From Bacteroidaceae bacterium (GTDB lineage: Bacteria > Bacteroidota > Bacteroidia > Bacteroidales > Bacteroidaceae): a stretch of 40,328 nucleotides of DNA. The first letter of the stretch is position 1, and every line of letters starts with the position of its first letter. Shown here piece by piece: positions 25,719-34,141 of this stretch. Position numbers and translations under genes: made by a program. Location of the stretch: NCBI GenBank assembly GCA_017963785.1, contig JAGCTG010000032.1, forward strand, positions 1 to 40,328, given 5' to 3'. The notes under the pieces were generated by a model, which worked only from the letters and a program-made list of their open reading frames with translations, did no database searches and was not told the DNA's origin.

Positions 25719-27722
25719 TCACTTCCTGCTTCCTTTTATCATATAAATCACAATCATGCACATCATGCCCAGTGCCAGCAACTCGCTCAGCGGATTCATC
25801 CACCACGCTGCATAGTCAAACTGGATGCCGGCGAAGCGAAGCGCAGCACTCGCAACACCCATCAGCGCACCACCGGCAATAAAGCCGCTGGCAATCAGAG
25901 TGCCCTTCTCGCCGCGCTGGCGGTTGACCTCGGCGTCCTTGGAGCGCGTGGTAACAAACCAACTGATAGCGCCACCCACCAGCAACGGCAGGTTCAACTC
26001 AATAGGTATAAACATACCCAGCGCAAACGCCAGTGCCGGCACCTTGAACAGAGTGAGCACCACGGCTATCAATGCACCCACGCCGTAGAGCAGCCACGGG
26101 GCGCCCTCGCCACTCATCAGCGGTTCTATCACCGCCGCCATGGCGTTAGCCTGCGGGGCAGCCAGCTGACCAGAGGTGAAGCCGTATGTCTTGTTCAGAA
26201 TCATTATTACGCCAGCCACAGTCACCGCGCTTACCAGCGTGCCGAGAAACTTCCATGTCTCCTGCTTCTGGGGAGTAGAGCCGAGCCAATAGCCCGTCTT
26301 GAGGTCGGTGATGAAAGCACCCGCCGTGCTCAGCGCGGTGCATACCACGCCGCCCATGATGAGTGCAGCCACCATGCCGCCCGTGCCCTTCAGACCTACG
26401 CCCACCATCACCACCGATGCCACTATCAGCGTCATCAGCGTCATGCCGCTCACAGGGTTGGTGCCAACAATGGCAATCGCGTTGGCGGCCACCGTGGTGA
26501 AGAGGAAAGCAATGAGGGTGAGAATCAGTATCGCCGTGATGCTAAACAACCATACGCCGTCCATCACACCAAACTGGAAGAACAGGAATGTGACCACTAT
26601 CGTGGCAATCGCACCGATGGCCACTACCTTCATCGGGAGGTCCTTCTGGGTGCGCTCAGGCTGAACGGTGGCACTGGCTGCAGGTTCTCCCCCCGCCCGA
26701 GCAGGAGCCTTCTTCCCTACCATCTCGCGCCCTGCCAGTCCCACGGCGCCCTTGATGATGGGCCAGCTCTTGATGATACCAATTATGCCAGCCATCGCGA
26801 TGCCGCCGATGCCTATCGACTTGGCATACTTGAACAGCTGCTCGGGACTAGCTGCTACGGCAGCCACGCCGTCACCGATGTTCATGTCGGGCCATATCAG
26901 AGCAATAGCGGGCACTATCAGCCACCACACGGTCACCGAGCCTACGCAGATGATAAACGCATACTTCAGACCGATGATGTAGCCCATGCCCAGCACGGCA
27001 GCGCCCGTGTTCATCTTAAACACTAGCTTCGTCTTCTCTGCCAGCGTGTCGCCCCACATCAGGCAGCGCGACGTGAAGTTCTCGTTCCACAGCCCGAAGG
27101 TGGCCACTGCAAAGTCATACAGACCGCCCACCAGTCCGGCAAGCAGCAGCGGCTTGGCGCCCTGTCCGTCCTTCTCGCCCGAGATGAGCACCTGTGTGCT
27201 CGCCGTAGCCTCGGGGAAGGGATACTTGCCGTGCATGTCCTTGACGAAGTATTTACGGAAGGGGATGAGCAGCAGGATGCCCAGCACACCGCCCAGCAGA
27301 GAGGCCATGAACACCTCGAAGAAGTTGACGGCTATGTCGGGGTATTTCGACTGCAGTATGTAGAGCGCGGGCAGCGTGAAGATGGCACCTGCCACTATCA
27401 TGCCCGAGCAGGCACCGATGCTCTGTATCATCACGTTCTCGCCCAGGGCGCCCTTGCGTTTTGTGGCGCTGGAGAGGCCCACGGCGATGATGGCGATGGG
27501 GATGGCGGCCTCGAACACCTGGCCCACTTTGAGGCCAAGGTAAGCAGCGGCAGCACTGAACAGCACAGCCATCAGCAGACCCCAGGTCACGGACCAGCGC
27601 GTCACCTCCTTGGGGGTGGACTGTGCACTCATCAGAGGTTTATACACCTCACCCTCCTTCAGGGGGCGCATCGCATTTTCGGGAAGAGAGATATCGTTTT
27701 TCATGTTCCTACATTTTTTCAT
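25719..27722 (-). CDS. OPT-family oligopeptide transporter
   Basis: Polytopic membrane protein of about 660 aa with the typical OPT layout and Gly-rich helices. The start may instead be the ATG at 27704 (MKNDISL), because the promoter-like box at 27731-27738 is only 9 nt from 27722. Confidence 0.8.
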   Translation of the reverse strand: MKKCRNMKNDISLPENAMRPLKEGEVYKPLMSAQSTPKEVTRWSVTWGLLMAVLFSAAAAYLGLKVGQVFEAAIPIAIIAVGLSSATKRKGALGENVMIQSIGACSGMIVAGAIFTLPALYILQSKYPDIAVNFFEVFMASLLGGVLGILLLIPFRKYFVKDMHGKYPFPEATASTQVLISGEKDGQGAKPLLLAGLVGGLYDFAVATFGLWNENFTSRCLMWGDTLAEKTKLVFKMNTGAAVLGMGYIIGLKYAFIICVGSVTVWWLIVPAIALIWPDMNIGDGVAAVAASPEQLFKYAKSIGIGGIAMAGIIGIIKSWPIIKGAVGLAGREMVGKKAPARAGGEPAASATVQPERTQKDLPMKVVAIGAIATIVVTFLFFQFGVMDGVWLFSITAILILTLIAFLFTTVAANAIAIVGTNPVSGMTLMTLIVASVVMVGVGLKGTGGMVAALIMGGVVCTALSTAGAFITDLKTGYWLGSTPQKQETWKFLGTLVSAVTVAGVIMILNKTYGFTSGQLAAPQANAMAAVIEPLMSGEGAPWLLYGVGALIAVVLTLFKVPALAFALGMFIPIELNLPLLVGGAISWFVTTRSKDAEVNRQRGEKGTLIASGFIAGGALMGVASAALRFAGIQFDYAAWWMNPLSELLALGMMCMIVIYMIKGSRK

Positions 27723-27730
27723 TTACGTTG

Positions 27731-27738
27731 CGAAGTTA
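27731..27738 (-). promoter_or_regulatory. Candidate -7 box variant TAACTTCG upstream of the OPT transporter gene
   Basis: Same 11-mer tgcgaagttac as at 22551-22561. TTTG-like caaa elements lie at 27751-27758. Confidence 0.3.
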
Positions 27739-27845
27739 CCATTTTTTTTGCAAACAAAAAAGAAAAGTACAGACAAAAAAACATACCCTATAAAAAACCA
27801 AAGTTTTCGTTATATCTTCATTTTTTTGAACCGTTAAGCTTTTAC

Positions 27846-27880
27846 AAAAAAATGTTCCGCTATCCTAATGGAGCGGAACA
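27846..27880 (-). terminator. Rho-independent terminator of ssrA
   Basis: tgttccgc (27853-27860) pairs with gcggaaca (27873-27880). A 7-A run on the plus strand (27846-27852) gives a U-tract after the stem on the minus strand. The stem begins 9 nt past the tmRNA 3' end. Confidence 0.75.
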
Positions 27881-27888
27881 CTGTGGCG

Positions 27889-28289
27889 GGTGGACCAGGG
27901 GAGATTCGAACTCCCGTCCAAACAAGGAAGCCATGTGTTTTCTACATGCTTAGTCAGGCTGTGATTGTCTGTCCTGCAGCCGGAGCCCGACGGCCAACAG
28001 CGGGGCATATCCTCTGAAGAATTTCGCCCGAGGCGCGAGGCCGCCTCAAGCTATCCCCGATTTGCTGCGCCACTGAACCGGTACGCTTCGGAGAAAGAGC
28101 GACCGAGTGACGTCTCGTTCTGCGCCCTTGGCGCGGAATAAAGCAGTCCTACTGTACTTCAGACTAAGCTGCGAGAGCGTAGTTAGTTTCGCCAGATAAA
28201 TTTGTGAGTAGTTGCTTTTTAAGTGACTGCTACCAACGCACTGCATGCTTGCACACCTCTTGACCTCGCTGTCAAATCCAGTCTGGCCC
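27889..28289 (-). ncRNA. ssrA: tmRNA (SsrA), about 401 nt; tag GETNYALAA
   Basis: The 5' GGGCCAG pairs with the 3' CUGGUCC, including the G3:U identity pair. T-arm: GGGAGUUCGAAUCUCCC. The 5' region GACUGGAUUUGACAGCG resembles tmRNA consensus. Tag ORF: GGC GAA ACT AAC TAC GCT CTC GCA GCT TAG at 28164-28193. Confidence 0.92.
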
Positions 28290-28297
28290 AGGTATAT

Positions 28298-28325
28298 GTT
28301 CGAAAGTTCGAAGGTTCGAAAGTTA
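28298..28325. repeat. Octamer tract gttcgaaa gttcgaag gttcgaaa (gttaaccc) just upstream of ssrA
   Basis: Counted by hand. Lies between the GC hairpin (28327-28344) and the tmRNA 5' end. Confidence 0.7.
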
Positions 28326-28326
28326 A

Positions 28327-28344
28327 CCCCCCTTTGCAGGGGGG
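28327..28344 (-). other. GC hairpin (cccccc tttgca gggggg) between tRNA-Glu and ssrA
   Basis: Perfect 6-bp G:C stem with a 6-nt loop. Function is unclear; it could be a processing or termination element. Confidence 0.4.
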
Positions 28345-28353
28345 CTTTTGAGG

Positions 28354-28428
28354 TGGTAGCGCCTACGGGACTCGAACCCGTGTACCCGGCGTGAGAGGCC
28401 GGTATCCTAACCACTAGATGAAAGCGCC
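28354..28428 (-). tRNA. tRNA-Glu (anticodon CUC), CCA encoded
   Basis: Hand-folded cloverleaf: acceptor GGCGCUU/AGGCGCU (G1:U72 and U6:G67 wobbles), D-loop UAGUGGUUAG, anticodon stem CCGGC/GCCGG with loop CUCUCAC, T-arm ACGGG-UUCGAGU-CCCGU. Confidence 0.75.
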
Positions 28429-28435
28429 AAGGTTG

Positions 28436-28522
28436 CGGAAGCTAGGAGATTCGAACTCCTGGTACGGTTACCCGCACGGCAGTTTAGCAAACTGCTGGTT
28501 TAAGCCACTCACCCAAACTTCC
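28436..28522 (-). tRNA. tRNA-Ser (anticodon GCU) with long variable arm, CCA not encoded
   Basis: Acceptor GGAAGUU/AGCUUCC, anticodon stem GCAGU/ACUGC with loop UUGCUAA, long variable arm CGUGCGGGUAACCGUAC, T-loop GGAGUUCGAAUCUCC. Confidence 0.85.
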
Positions 28523-28557
28523 AGTCCGCATCTCCGATAGTTCTCGGTTTTGCGCGG

Positions 28558-28588
28558 CAAAGGTAATACTTTTTTCTTTACTGCCAAA
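28558..28588 (-). promoter_or_regulatory. Bacteroidetes-type promoter for the tRNA-Ser/tRNA-Glu(/ssrA) transcript
   Basis: -7 box TACCTTTG (reverse complement of 28558-28565) and -33 TTTG (reverse complement of 28585-28588) with a 19-nt spacer. About 35 nt upstream of the tRNA-Ser 5' end. Confidence 0.55.
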
Positions 28589-28610
28589 ATTTTTCAGATT
28601 TTTTTTTCCT

Positions 28611-29387
28611 TTACTTGCCAATTATGCCGAGGCGGGAGGTCTGGAGGAAGGTGACGATGGAGTCGATCTCGGGGCTGGCTTCTACCTGGGAGCGTACCTG
28701 GAGAATTCCGTCCTCAAGGGATGTCTTGCCATTGAAAACGAGGCGGTAAGCATTGGCTATCTGGAGCTGGATATCTTCGTTAATGCCAGCATTGGTAAGG
28801 ATGGTGGAGTTGACTCCGCCATACTCGATAGGGTTATGGGTAGCGATGATGAAGGGGGGCACATCGCGCGAGAAACGGCATCCGCTCTTGATCATGGCAC
28901 AACGGCCTACGCGGGCTCCGGGGTTGGCGATGACGTTGGAGGTGAGGATGGCATCGTCATGTATCTCCACGCGCCCGGCTATCTTGGTGCCATAGCCGAT
29001 GACGGTGTTGTTGAATATGTGTGCGTCGTGGGAGATATGTACGCCTTCCATGATGCAGTTGCCGTTGCCGATAACGGTGCGGTCGCCGCTATGGGTGGCG
29101 CGGTTGATGACTACGTTCTCTCGTATGATGTTATGGTTGCCGATGACGAGTTCAGTGGCTTCGCCTGTGTAGCTGAAGTCCTGGGGCACGGCTCCGAGCA
29201 CTGTACCTTGGTGGACGGTGTTGTCGGTTCCGAGGGTGGTGCCTGCCATGATGCTGACATAGGGGTAGATAACGCAGTTGTCGCCTATGACGGTGTTGGC
29301 CTCAATATAGGCGAAAGGGTATATGGTGACGTTGTTGCCTATCTTGGCAGTAGGGTCGATGTGGGCGAGTGGGGAAAGCATTGCCAT
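28611..29387 (-). CDS. lpxA: Acyl-ACP--UDP-N-acetylglucosamine O-acyltransferase LpxA
   Basis: Left-handed beta-helix hexapeptide repeats throughout, an LpxA-type C-terminal helical domain (...AYRLVF...), and 258 aa. Confidence 0.85.
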   Translation of the reverse strand: MAMLSPLAHIDPTAKIGNNVTIYPFAYIEANTVIGDNCVIYPYVSIMAGTTLGTDNTVHQGTVLGAVPQDFSYTGEATELVIGNHNIIRENVVINRATHSGDRTVIGNGNCIMEGVHISHDAHIFNNTVIGYGTKIAGRVEIHDDAILTSNVIANPGARVGRCAMIKSGCRFSRDVPPFIIATHNPIEYGGVNSTILTNAGINEDIQLQIANAYRLVFNGKTSLEDGILQVRSQVEASPEIDSIVTFLQTSRLGIIGK

Positions 29388-29406
29388 TTGAAATTTGATA
29401 TTTGAA
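29386..29406. repeat. Heptamer tract atttgaa atttgat atttgaa overlapping the lpxA start codon
   Basis: Counted by hand. The ATG (29387-29385) is part of the first unit. Confidence 0.6.
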
Positions 29407-29486
29407 TTTTATTTACTGACCACGAATCTAACAGATATTAGGAAAAAAACTTCGCCTCAGAGCTTCGCTCTCTCTGTTGACTTGGT

Positions 29487-30860
29487 TTACTGTCCTCCGC
29501 CGAGGGCGTAATATAGATTGACGACAGCTTGCATCTTGTTGAAGTCGTCGGCGACTTTGGTGAGCTGGCTGGAGAGGAGTGCCTGCTGTGCGCTGATGAC
29601 CTCGAGATAGGTGGCTCCATTGGTCATGAGGAGCTCAACTGCCTCTACATTGGCCTGGAGTGTGGCAGTGCGCTCTGCCTCTATCTCGGAGAGGCGTGCG
29701 GAGGTCTCGTACTGCTTGAGGGCGTTGCTGACCTCGCTGCCTGCATTGAGGATGGACTGCTGCCAGGCTATGTAGGCTTTCTCTTGGTCGGCCTTGGCGA
29801 CCTTGAGGCCTGCTACGAGCTGCCCGTGCTGGAAGATGGGCTGCACGAGTGAGCCGACAGCTTGCGCGAGGAGCTTGCCGGGATTGACAACACCGGCTCC
29901 TGCGGAGTTAGTCCATGCGGCGGTGCCGGTGATGGTGATATTAGGATAGAAGGCTGCACGGGCCTTGTTGACATTATAGAAGCAGCTGGCAAGCGCCATC
30001 TCCTTGGCGTGGACGTCGGGGCGGTTGGCAAGCAGCTGTATGCCGACGCCGGTGCTGAGGTTGGTGGGCAGCGACTGCTGCTCGAAGGTGGAGCGGTCAA
30101 TGTGCTGCGGTGCCTGTGCGAGCAAGAGGCTGAGTGAGTTCTCCACCTCGCGTATCTGACGCTCTATCTCAGGGATGGAGGCCTGCACAGCGAGGTAGTT
30201 GGCCTTGGCAGAGAGGACGGAGGCCTCGGTGTAACCATAGAGCTGCTTCATGTCCTGCATCTTCTCCCAGGTCTCCAGAGTAAGGCTCTCGGTTTGGCGC
30301 GTTATCTCTAGCTGTTTGTCAAGCATGAGGAGGGTGTAGTAGCAGTTGGCCACTCCAGCAATGATGCTGGTCTTGACGGCCCGCTGATAGTCGCGTGTCT
30401 GTATGAGGACGGCCTGCTGTGCCCGCTTGGCATTGGTGAGGGAGCCAAAGAGGTCGATAGTCCACGATGCCTGGATGGGCAGTGTGTAGGTCTGGACAGC
30501 TTTGTTGTTGTCCCACGACGAGAGGGTGCCGCTGGGGGCAAAGACGAACGAGGGCACGTAGGCAAGCTTGGCTACGGAGAGCATGGCCTCGGCCTGCTTG
30601 ACGGACAAGGCTGCAGTGAGGAGATCGCTATTGTTGGCGAGGGCACTGTCGATAAGCACCTGCAACTTGGGGTCGGTAAACACTTCACGCCACGGCGTAG
30701 AGGCCAGGGTGGTGGTGTCGTTAGCCACGAGGGTGTCGAGGTCGTTGCTGAGGTCGCGGTAGAGGCCCTGGGTGTTAACGTCGGGGCGCTTATACTTATT
30801 GTAGAGTCCGCAGCTCTGGAGGAGCCCCGCCAGGAGTATTATATAAAATAGGGATTTCAT
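29487..30860 (-). CDS. RND efflux outer-membrane factor (TolC/NodT-family lipoprotein)
   Basis: Lipobox LLQSCG. Two TolC-like repeats. Operon position downstream of the RND permease. Confidence 0.9.
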   Translation of the reverse strand: MKSLFYIILLAGLLQSCGLYNKYKRPDVNTQGLYRDLSNDLDTLVANDTTTLASTPWREVFTDPKLQVLIDSALANNSDLLTAALSVKQAEAMLSVAKLAYVPSFVFAPSGTLSSWDNNKAVQTYTLPIQASWTIDLFGSLTNAKRAQQAVLIQTRDYQRAVKTSIIAGVANCYYTLLMLDKQLEITRQTESLTLETWEKMQDMKQLYGYTEASVLSAKANYLAVQASIPEIERQIREVENSLSLLLAQAPQHIDRSTFEQQSLPTNLSTGVGIQLLANRPDVHAKEMALASCFYNVNKARAAFYPNITITGTAAWTNSAGAGVVNPGKLLAQAVGSLVQPIFQHGQLVAGLKVAKADQEKAYIAWQQSILNAGSEVSNALKQYETSARLSEIEAERTATLQANVEAVELLMTNGATYLEVISAQQALLSSQLTKVADDFNKMQAVVNLYYALGGGQ

Positions 30861-30914
30861 TGATTGTTTAATTGCTTAGGTGGCTTAGGTTTTCGTTCTC
30901 GTTTAACTTCTATA

Positions 30915-30935
30915 AACTATCAACTATCAACTTTC
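30915..30935. repeat. Heptamer tract aactatc aactatc aactttc overlapping the RND permease stop codon
   Basis: Counted by hand. The adjacent 9-mer pair tgcttaggt/ggcttaggt lies at 30873-30890. Confidence 0.55.
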
Positions 30936-33900
30936 TTAGGATTGGTGTATTGCTTGAGCTCAGTGTCGCCGGAGCCATCGACGAGGCCGATGAAGTGCAT
31001 GGGGCTAATCTTCTCCTGCAGCCACTGGAAGATGACAAACAGGCAGGGCACGATGAGCACCTGGAGTACCATGCCTATGAGCATGCCGCCCACGGCGGAG
31101 GCTCCGAGGGTGGAGTTGCCATTGGCTCCCACTCCGCTGGCGAACATCAGCGGCAGCAGACCGACTATCATGGCGAGGGAGGTCATGAGGATAGGACGCA
31201 GACGGGCCGATGCTCCGAGCACTGACGACCACCTGATGGCCATACCCGTCTGGCGACGCTCAAGGGCGAACTGCACGATAAGGATGGCATTCTTTGCCAA
31301 AAGGCCGATGAGCATGATGAGCGCTATCTGGGTGTAGATATCGTTGGAGTGACCGAAGATATTGGTAAACAGGAATGCTCCCGACAGACCGAACGGTATG
31401 GAGAGTATTACTGCCAGGGGCAGGATGTAGCTCTCATACTGCGCACTGAGGATGAGGTAGATAAACAGGAAGCAGAGCACGAAGATGAGCGTGGTGTTGT
31501 TTGACGCCTCGCTCTCAGAGCGGCTGAGTCCTGAGTATTCGTAGCCGTAGCCTGTAGGCAGTGTCTGCGCAGCCACTTCCTTCACTGCCTGCATGGCGTC
31601 GCCGGTGGAGTAGCCGTCGTTGGGCGCTGCGTTGATATTGATGGCGGTGAAGAGGTTGAAGCGGTTGATGTTAGACGGGCCGTACACTTTCTTCATATTG
31701 ATAAAGCTGCTGACAGGCGCCATCTGGCCATTGATGCGCATATAGATGCTGGAGAGTGAGTTCTCGTCGATGCGTGTCTCAGGTGAGGACTGCACCATGA
31801 CGCGGTAGAGCTTACCGTAGGCATTGAAGTTGCTGGCATAGAGTCCGCCGAAATAGCCCTGTAGCACGAGCAGCACATCGCGGGGCGTGGTGCCTGCCTT
31901 GGTACACTTGGCGGCATCGACCTCAAGCATATACTGCGGGTAGGACGAGTTGTAGGAAGTCATGGCGTACTGTATCTCGGGACGCTGGTTGAGGGCGCCG
32001 AGGAACTGCATAGTGATGCCAAAGAACTTATCGACGGAGCCACCGGTCTTGTCTTGCATCGAGAAGCTAAGACCGTTGGAGGCACCGTAGCCGGGAATCA
32101 TCGGGGGTTGGAATGCCATAATCTGGGCATCCTTGAGCGAGGCTGTCTGTGCAAAGAGTTTCTTTATTACCTCGGCGGAGGACTGACTCTTGTCCTTGCG
32201 CTGCTCAAAGTCTTTCAGTTTGATGATGAAAGTGGCCTGGTTGGAGCCCTGGCCTGCCATGAAGTTGAAGCCGATAACCTGAATGGAGGTCTGCACGGCG
32301 GGATTGGTCTCAAGCATCTTCTGCACTGTGTTGGCAATGCCCATGGTCTTGTCCTTGCCGGTGCCAGGCGCCATGGATATGGTGCAGAACACGGTGCCGG
32401 TGTCCTCATCAGGAACGAGACCGGTGCGGGTGGTCTGCAGGAGCACAACCATCACTACGATGGATGCTGCCACCACAGCGACGGTGATGACCTTAGCCTT
32501 GATGAAGAACTCCACGAGTGTGCGATACTTGGAGAGCATCTTGTCGTAAGCCGTATTGAACGCGGCATGAAATCTGTCAACAACGCTCATCTTCTTGTTG
32601 GGGTCGTGGGGCTTGAGGAATATGGCACAGAGAGCCGGCGACAAAGTGAGAGCGTTGACGGCAGAGATGATTATGGACACAGCCATCGTAACACCGAACT
32701 CACGATAGAAAGAGCCCGACGTGCCACCCACGAAGCTCACCGGCACGAACACAGCCGCCATCACGAGGGTGATGGAGATGATAGCACCGGATATCTCGCT
32801 CATTGCGTCGGTGGCAGCGAGGAGGGGCGACTTGTAGCCCTGATCTAGCTTGGCATGCACTGCCTCCACCACCACGATGGCGTCGTCAACCACGATGGCA
32901 ATGGCCAGAACCAATGCCGACAGTGTAAGCAGGTTGATACTGAAGCCAAACAGATTGAGGAAGAAGAATGTACCTACCAGCGACACAGGCACCGCAACCA
33001 TCGGGATAATAGTGGAGCGCAGGTCTTGCAGGAAGATATACACCACCAAAATCACCAGCAGGAAGGCGATGAGCAGAGTCTCAACCACCTCGCTGATGGA
33101 GGCATAGAGGAACTCCGTCACGTCCTGACCATATACAATCTGCATGCCCGGGGGGAATGACTGCTGGAGCGACTCAATCTCTTTCTTTACGTTCTTTACT
33201 ATCTCGTTTGCGTTAGAACCTGCCATCTGGGTGACCATCATCGTCACGGCAGGCTTGCCGTTGCAGAGGTTGTTGACAGTGTAGGACTGGGCGCCCAGCT
33301 CGACCTGAGCCACATCCTTTACGCAGAGGTTAGTGCCGTCGGGATTGGAATATATCACAAGGTTCTCAAACTCCTTCACGGTCTTGAGGCGACCAGTGTA
33401 GCGCAGGATATACTCAAACTGCGTGTCGCTGCTCTCGCCGAGCTTGCCGGGGGCTGCCTCGATATTCTGGGTGGCGAGCACGTTGGTGATATCGGCAGGC
33501 ACAAGGCTGTGTTCCTTCATCTTCACGGGGTCGAGCCAGATACGCATCGTGTAAGTCTTGGCGCCGAATCCCTCTACCGAGCCCACACCGCTGATACGCT
33601 GCAGCACCGGCGCGATGTTGATGAGGTTATAGTTGGTGAGGAATTTCTCGTCATACTGCCCCTTGTCGGATGTGAGGGCGTAAATGAGCACCTGGGAGGT
33701 CTGGCGCTTACGGGTGGTGACACCCACCTGCACCACCTCGGCAGGCAACAGGTTGGTGGCCTGACTCACACGGTTCTGCACATTCACCGCAGCCATGTCG
33801 GAGTCGGTGCCTTGCTTGAAATAGATAGTGATTGATGCGGAGCCGTCGTTGGTGGCAGACGAGGTCATGTAGGTCATGTCCTCCACACCGTTGATGCTCT

Positions 33901-34102
33901 CCTCCAGGGGAGCCACCACGGAGTTGAGCACCGTCTCGGCATCGGCACCGGCATAGGTGGCCCACACCATGATAGTAGGCGGCGCGATATTGGGATACTG
34001 CTCCACAGGCATTCCCGTGAGGCCTATCACACCCAGCACCACAAACAAGATACTAATCACTGTGGACAGTACCGGTCGCTTTATAAAGTTGTCTAACTTC
34101 AT
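30920..34102 (-). CDS. RND multidrug efflux permease (AcrB/HAE1 family)
   Basis: 1060 aa with 12-TM RND topology. N-terminus: FIKRPVLSTVISILFVVLG. Conserved VDDAIVVVE motif. Confidence 0.95.
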   Translation of the reverse strand: MKLDNFIKRPVLSTVISILFVVLGVIGLTGMPVEQYPNIAPPTIMVWATYAGADAETVLNSVVAPLEESINGVEDMTYMTSSATNDGSASITIYFKQGTDSDMAAVNVQNRVSQATNLLPAEVVQVGVTTRKRQTSQVLIYALTSDKGQYDEKFLTNYNLINIAPVLQRISGVGSVEGFGAKTYTMRIWLDPVKMKEHSLVPADITNVLATQNIEAAPGKLGESSDTQFEYILRYTGRLKTVKEFENLVIYSNPDGTNLCVKDVAQVELGAQSYTVNNLCNGKPAVTMMVTQMAGSNANEIVKNVKKEIESLQQSFPPGMQIVYGQDVTEFLYASISEVVETLLIAFLLVILVVYIFLQDLRSTIIPMVAVPVSLVGTFFFLNLFGFSINLLTLSALVLAIAIVVDDAIVVVEAVHAKLDQGYKSPLLAATDAMSEISGAIISITLVMAAVFVPVSFVGGTSGSFYREFGVTMAVSIIISAVNALTLSPALCAIFLKPHDPNKKMSVVDRFHAAFNTAYDKMLSKYRTLVEFFIKAKVITVAVVAASIVVMVVLLQTTRTGLVPDEDTGTVFCTISMAPGTGKDKTMGIANTVQKMLETNPAVQTSIQVIGFNFMAGQGSNQATFIIKLKDFEQRKDKSQSSAEVIKKLFAQTASLKDAQIMAFQPPMIPGYGASNGLSFSMQDKTGGSVDKFFGITMQFLGALNQRPEIQYAMTSYNSSYPQYMLEVDAAKCTKAGTTPRDVLLVLQGYFGGLYASNFNAYGKLYRVMVQSSPETRIDENSLSSIYMRINGQMAPVSSFINMKKVYGPSNINRFNLFTAININAAPNDGYSTGDAMQAVKEVAAQTLPTGYGYEYSGLSRSESEASNNTTLIFVLCFLFIYLILSAQYESYILPLAVILSIPFGLSGAFLFTNIFGHSNDIYTQIALIMLIGLLAKNAILIVQFALERRQTGMAIRWSSVLGASARLRPILMTSLAMIVGLLPLMFASGVGANGNSTLGASAVGGMLIGMVLQVLIVPCLFVIFQWLQEKISPMHFIGLVDGSGDTELKQYTNPKKVDS

Positions 34103-34109
34103 CAGAATT

Positions 34110-34141
34110 AACTTTTAGAACTTTCGAACTTTCGGACTCTT
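34110..34141. repeat. Octamer tract aactttta gaactttc gaactttc ggactctt filling the MFP/RND intergenic gap
   Basis: Counted by hand. The reverse complement belongs to the GTTCGAAA family. Confidence 0.7.

Noticed and set aside
27889-28289. ssrA as the integration site of a genomic island, since tmRNA 3' ends are common att sites.
   Set aside because: The tmRNA 3' end is followed directly by its terminator and by the promoter region and start of a core-like OPT transporter gene with host-like GC. No integrase or duplicated 3' ssrA fragment was seen.
28046-28414. A 122-aa minus-strand ORF across the tRNA/tmRNA region.
   Set aside because: It is fully explained by the tmRNA (27889-28289) and tRNA-Glu genes, so the open frame is coincidental.
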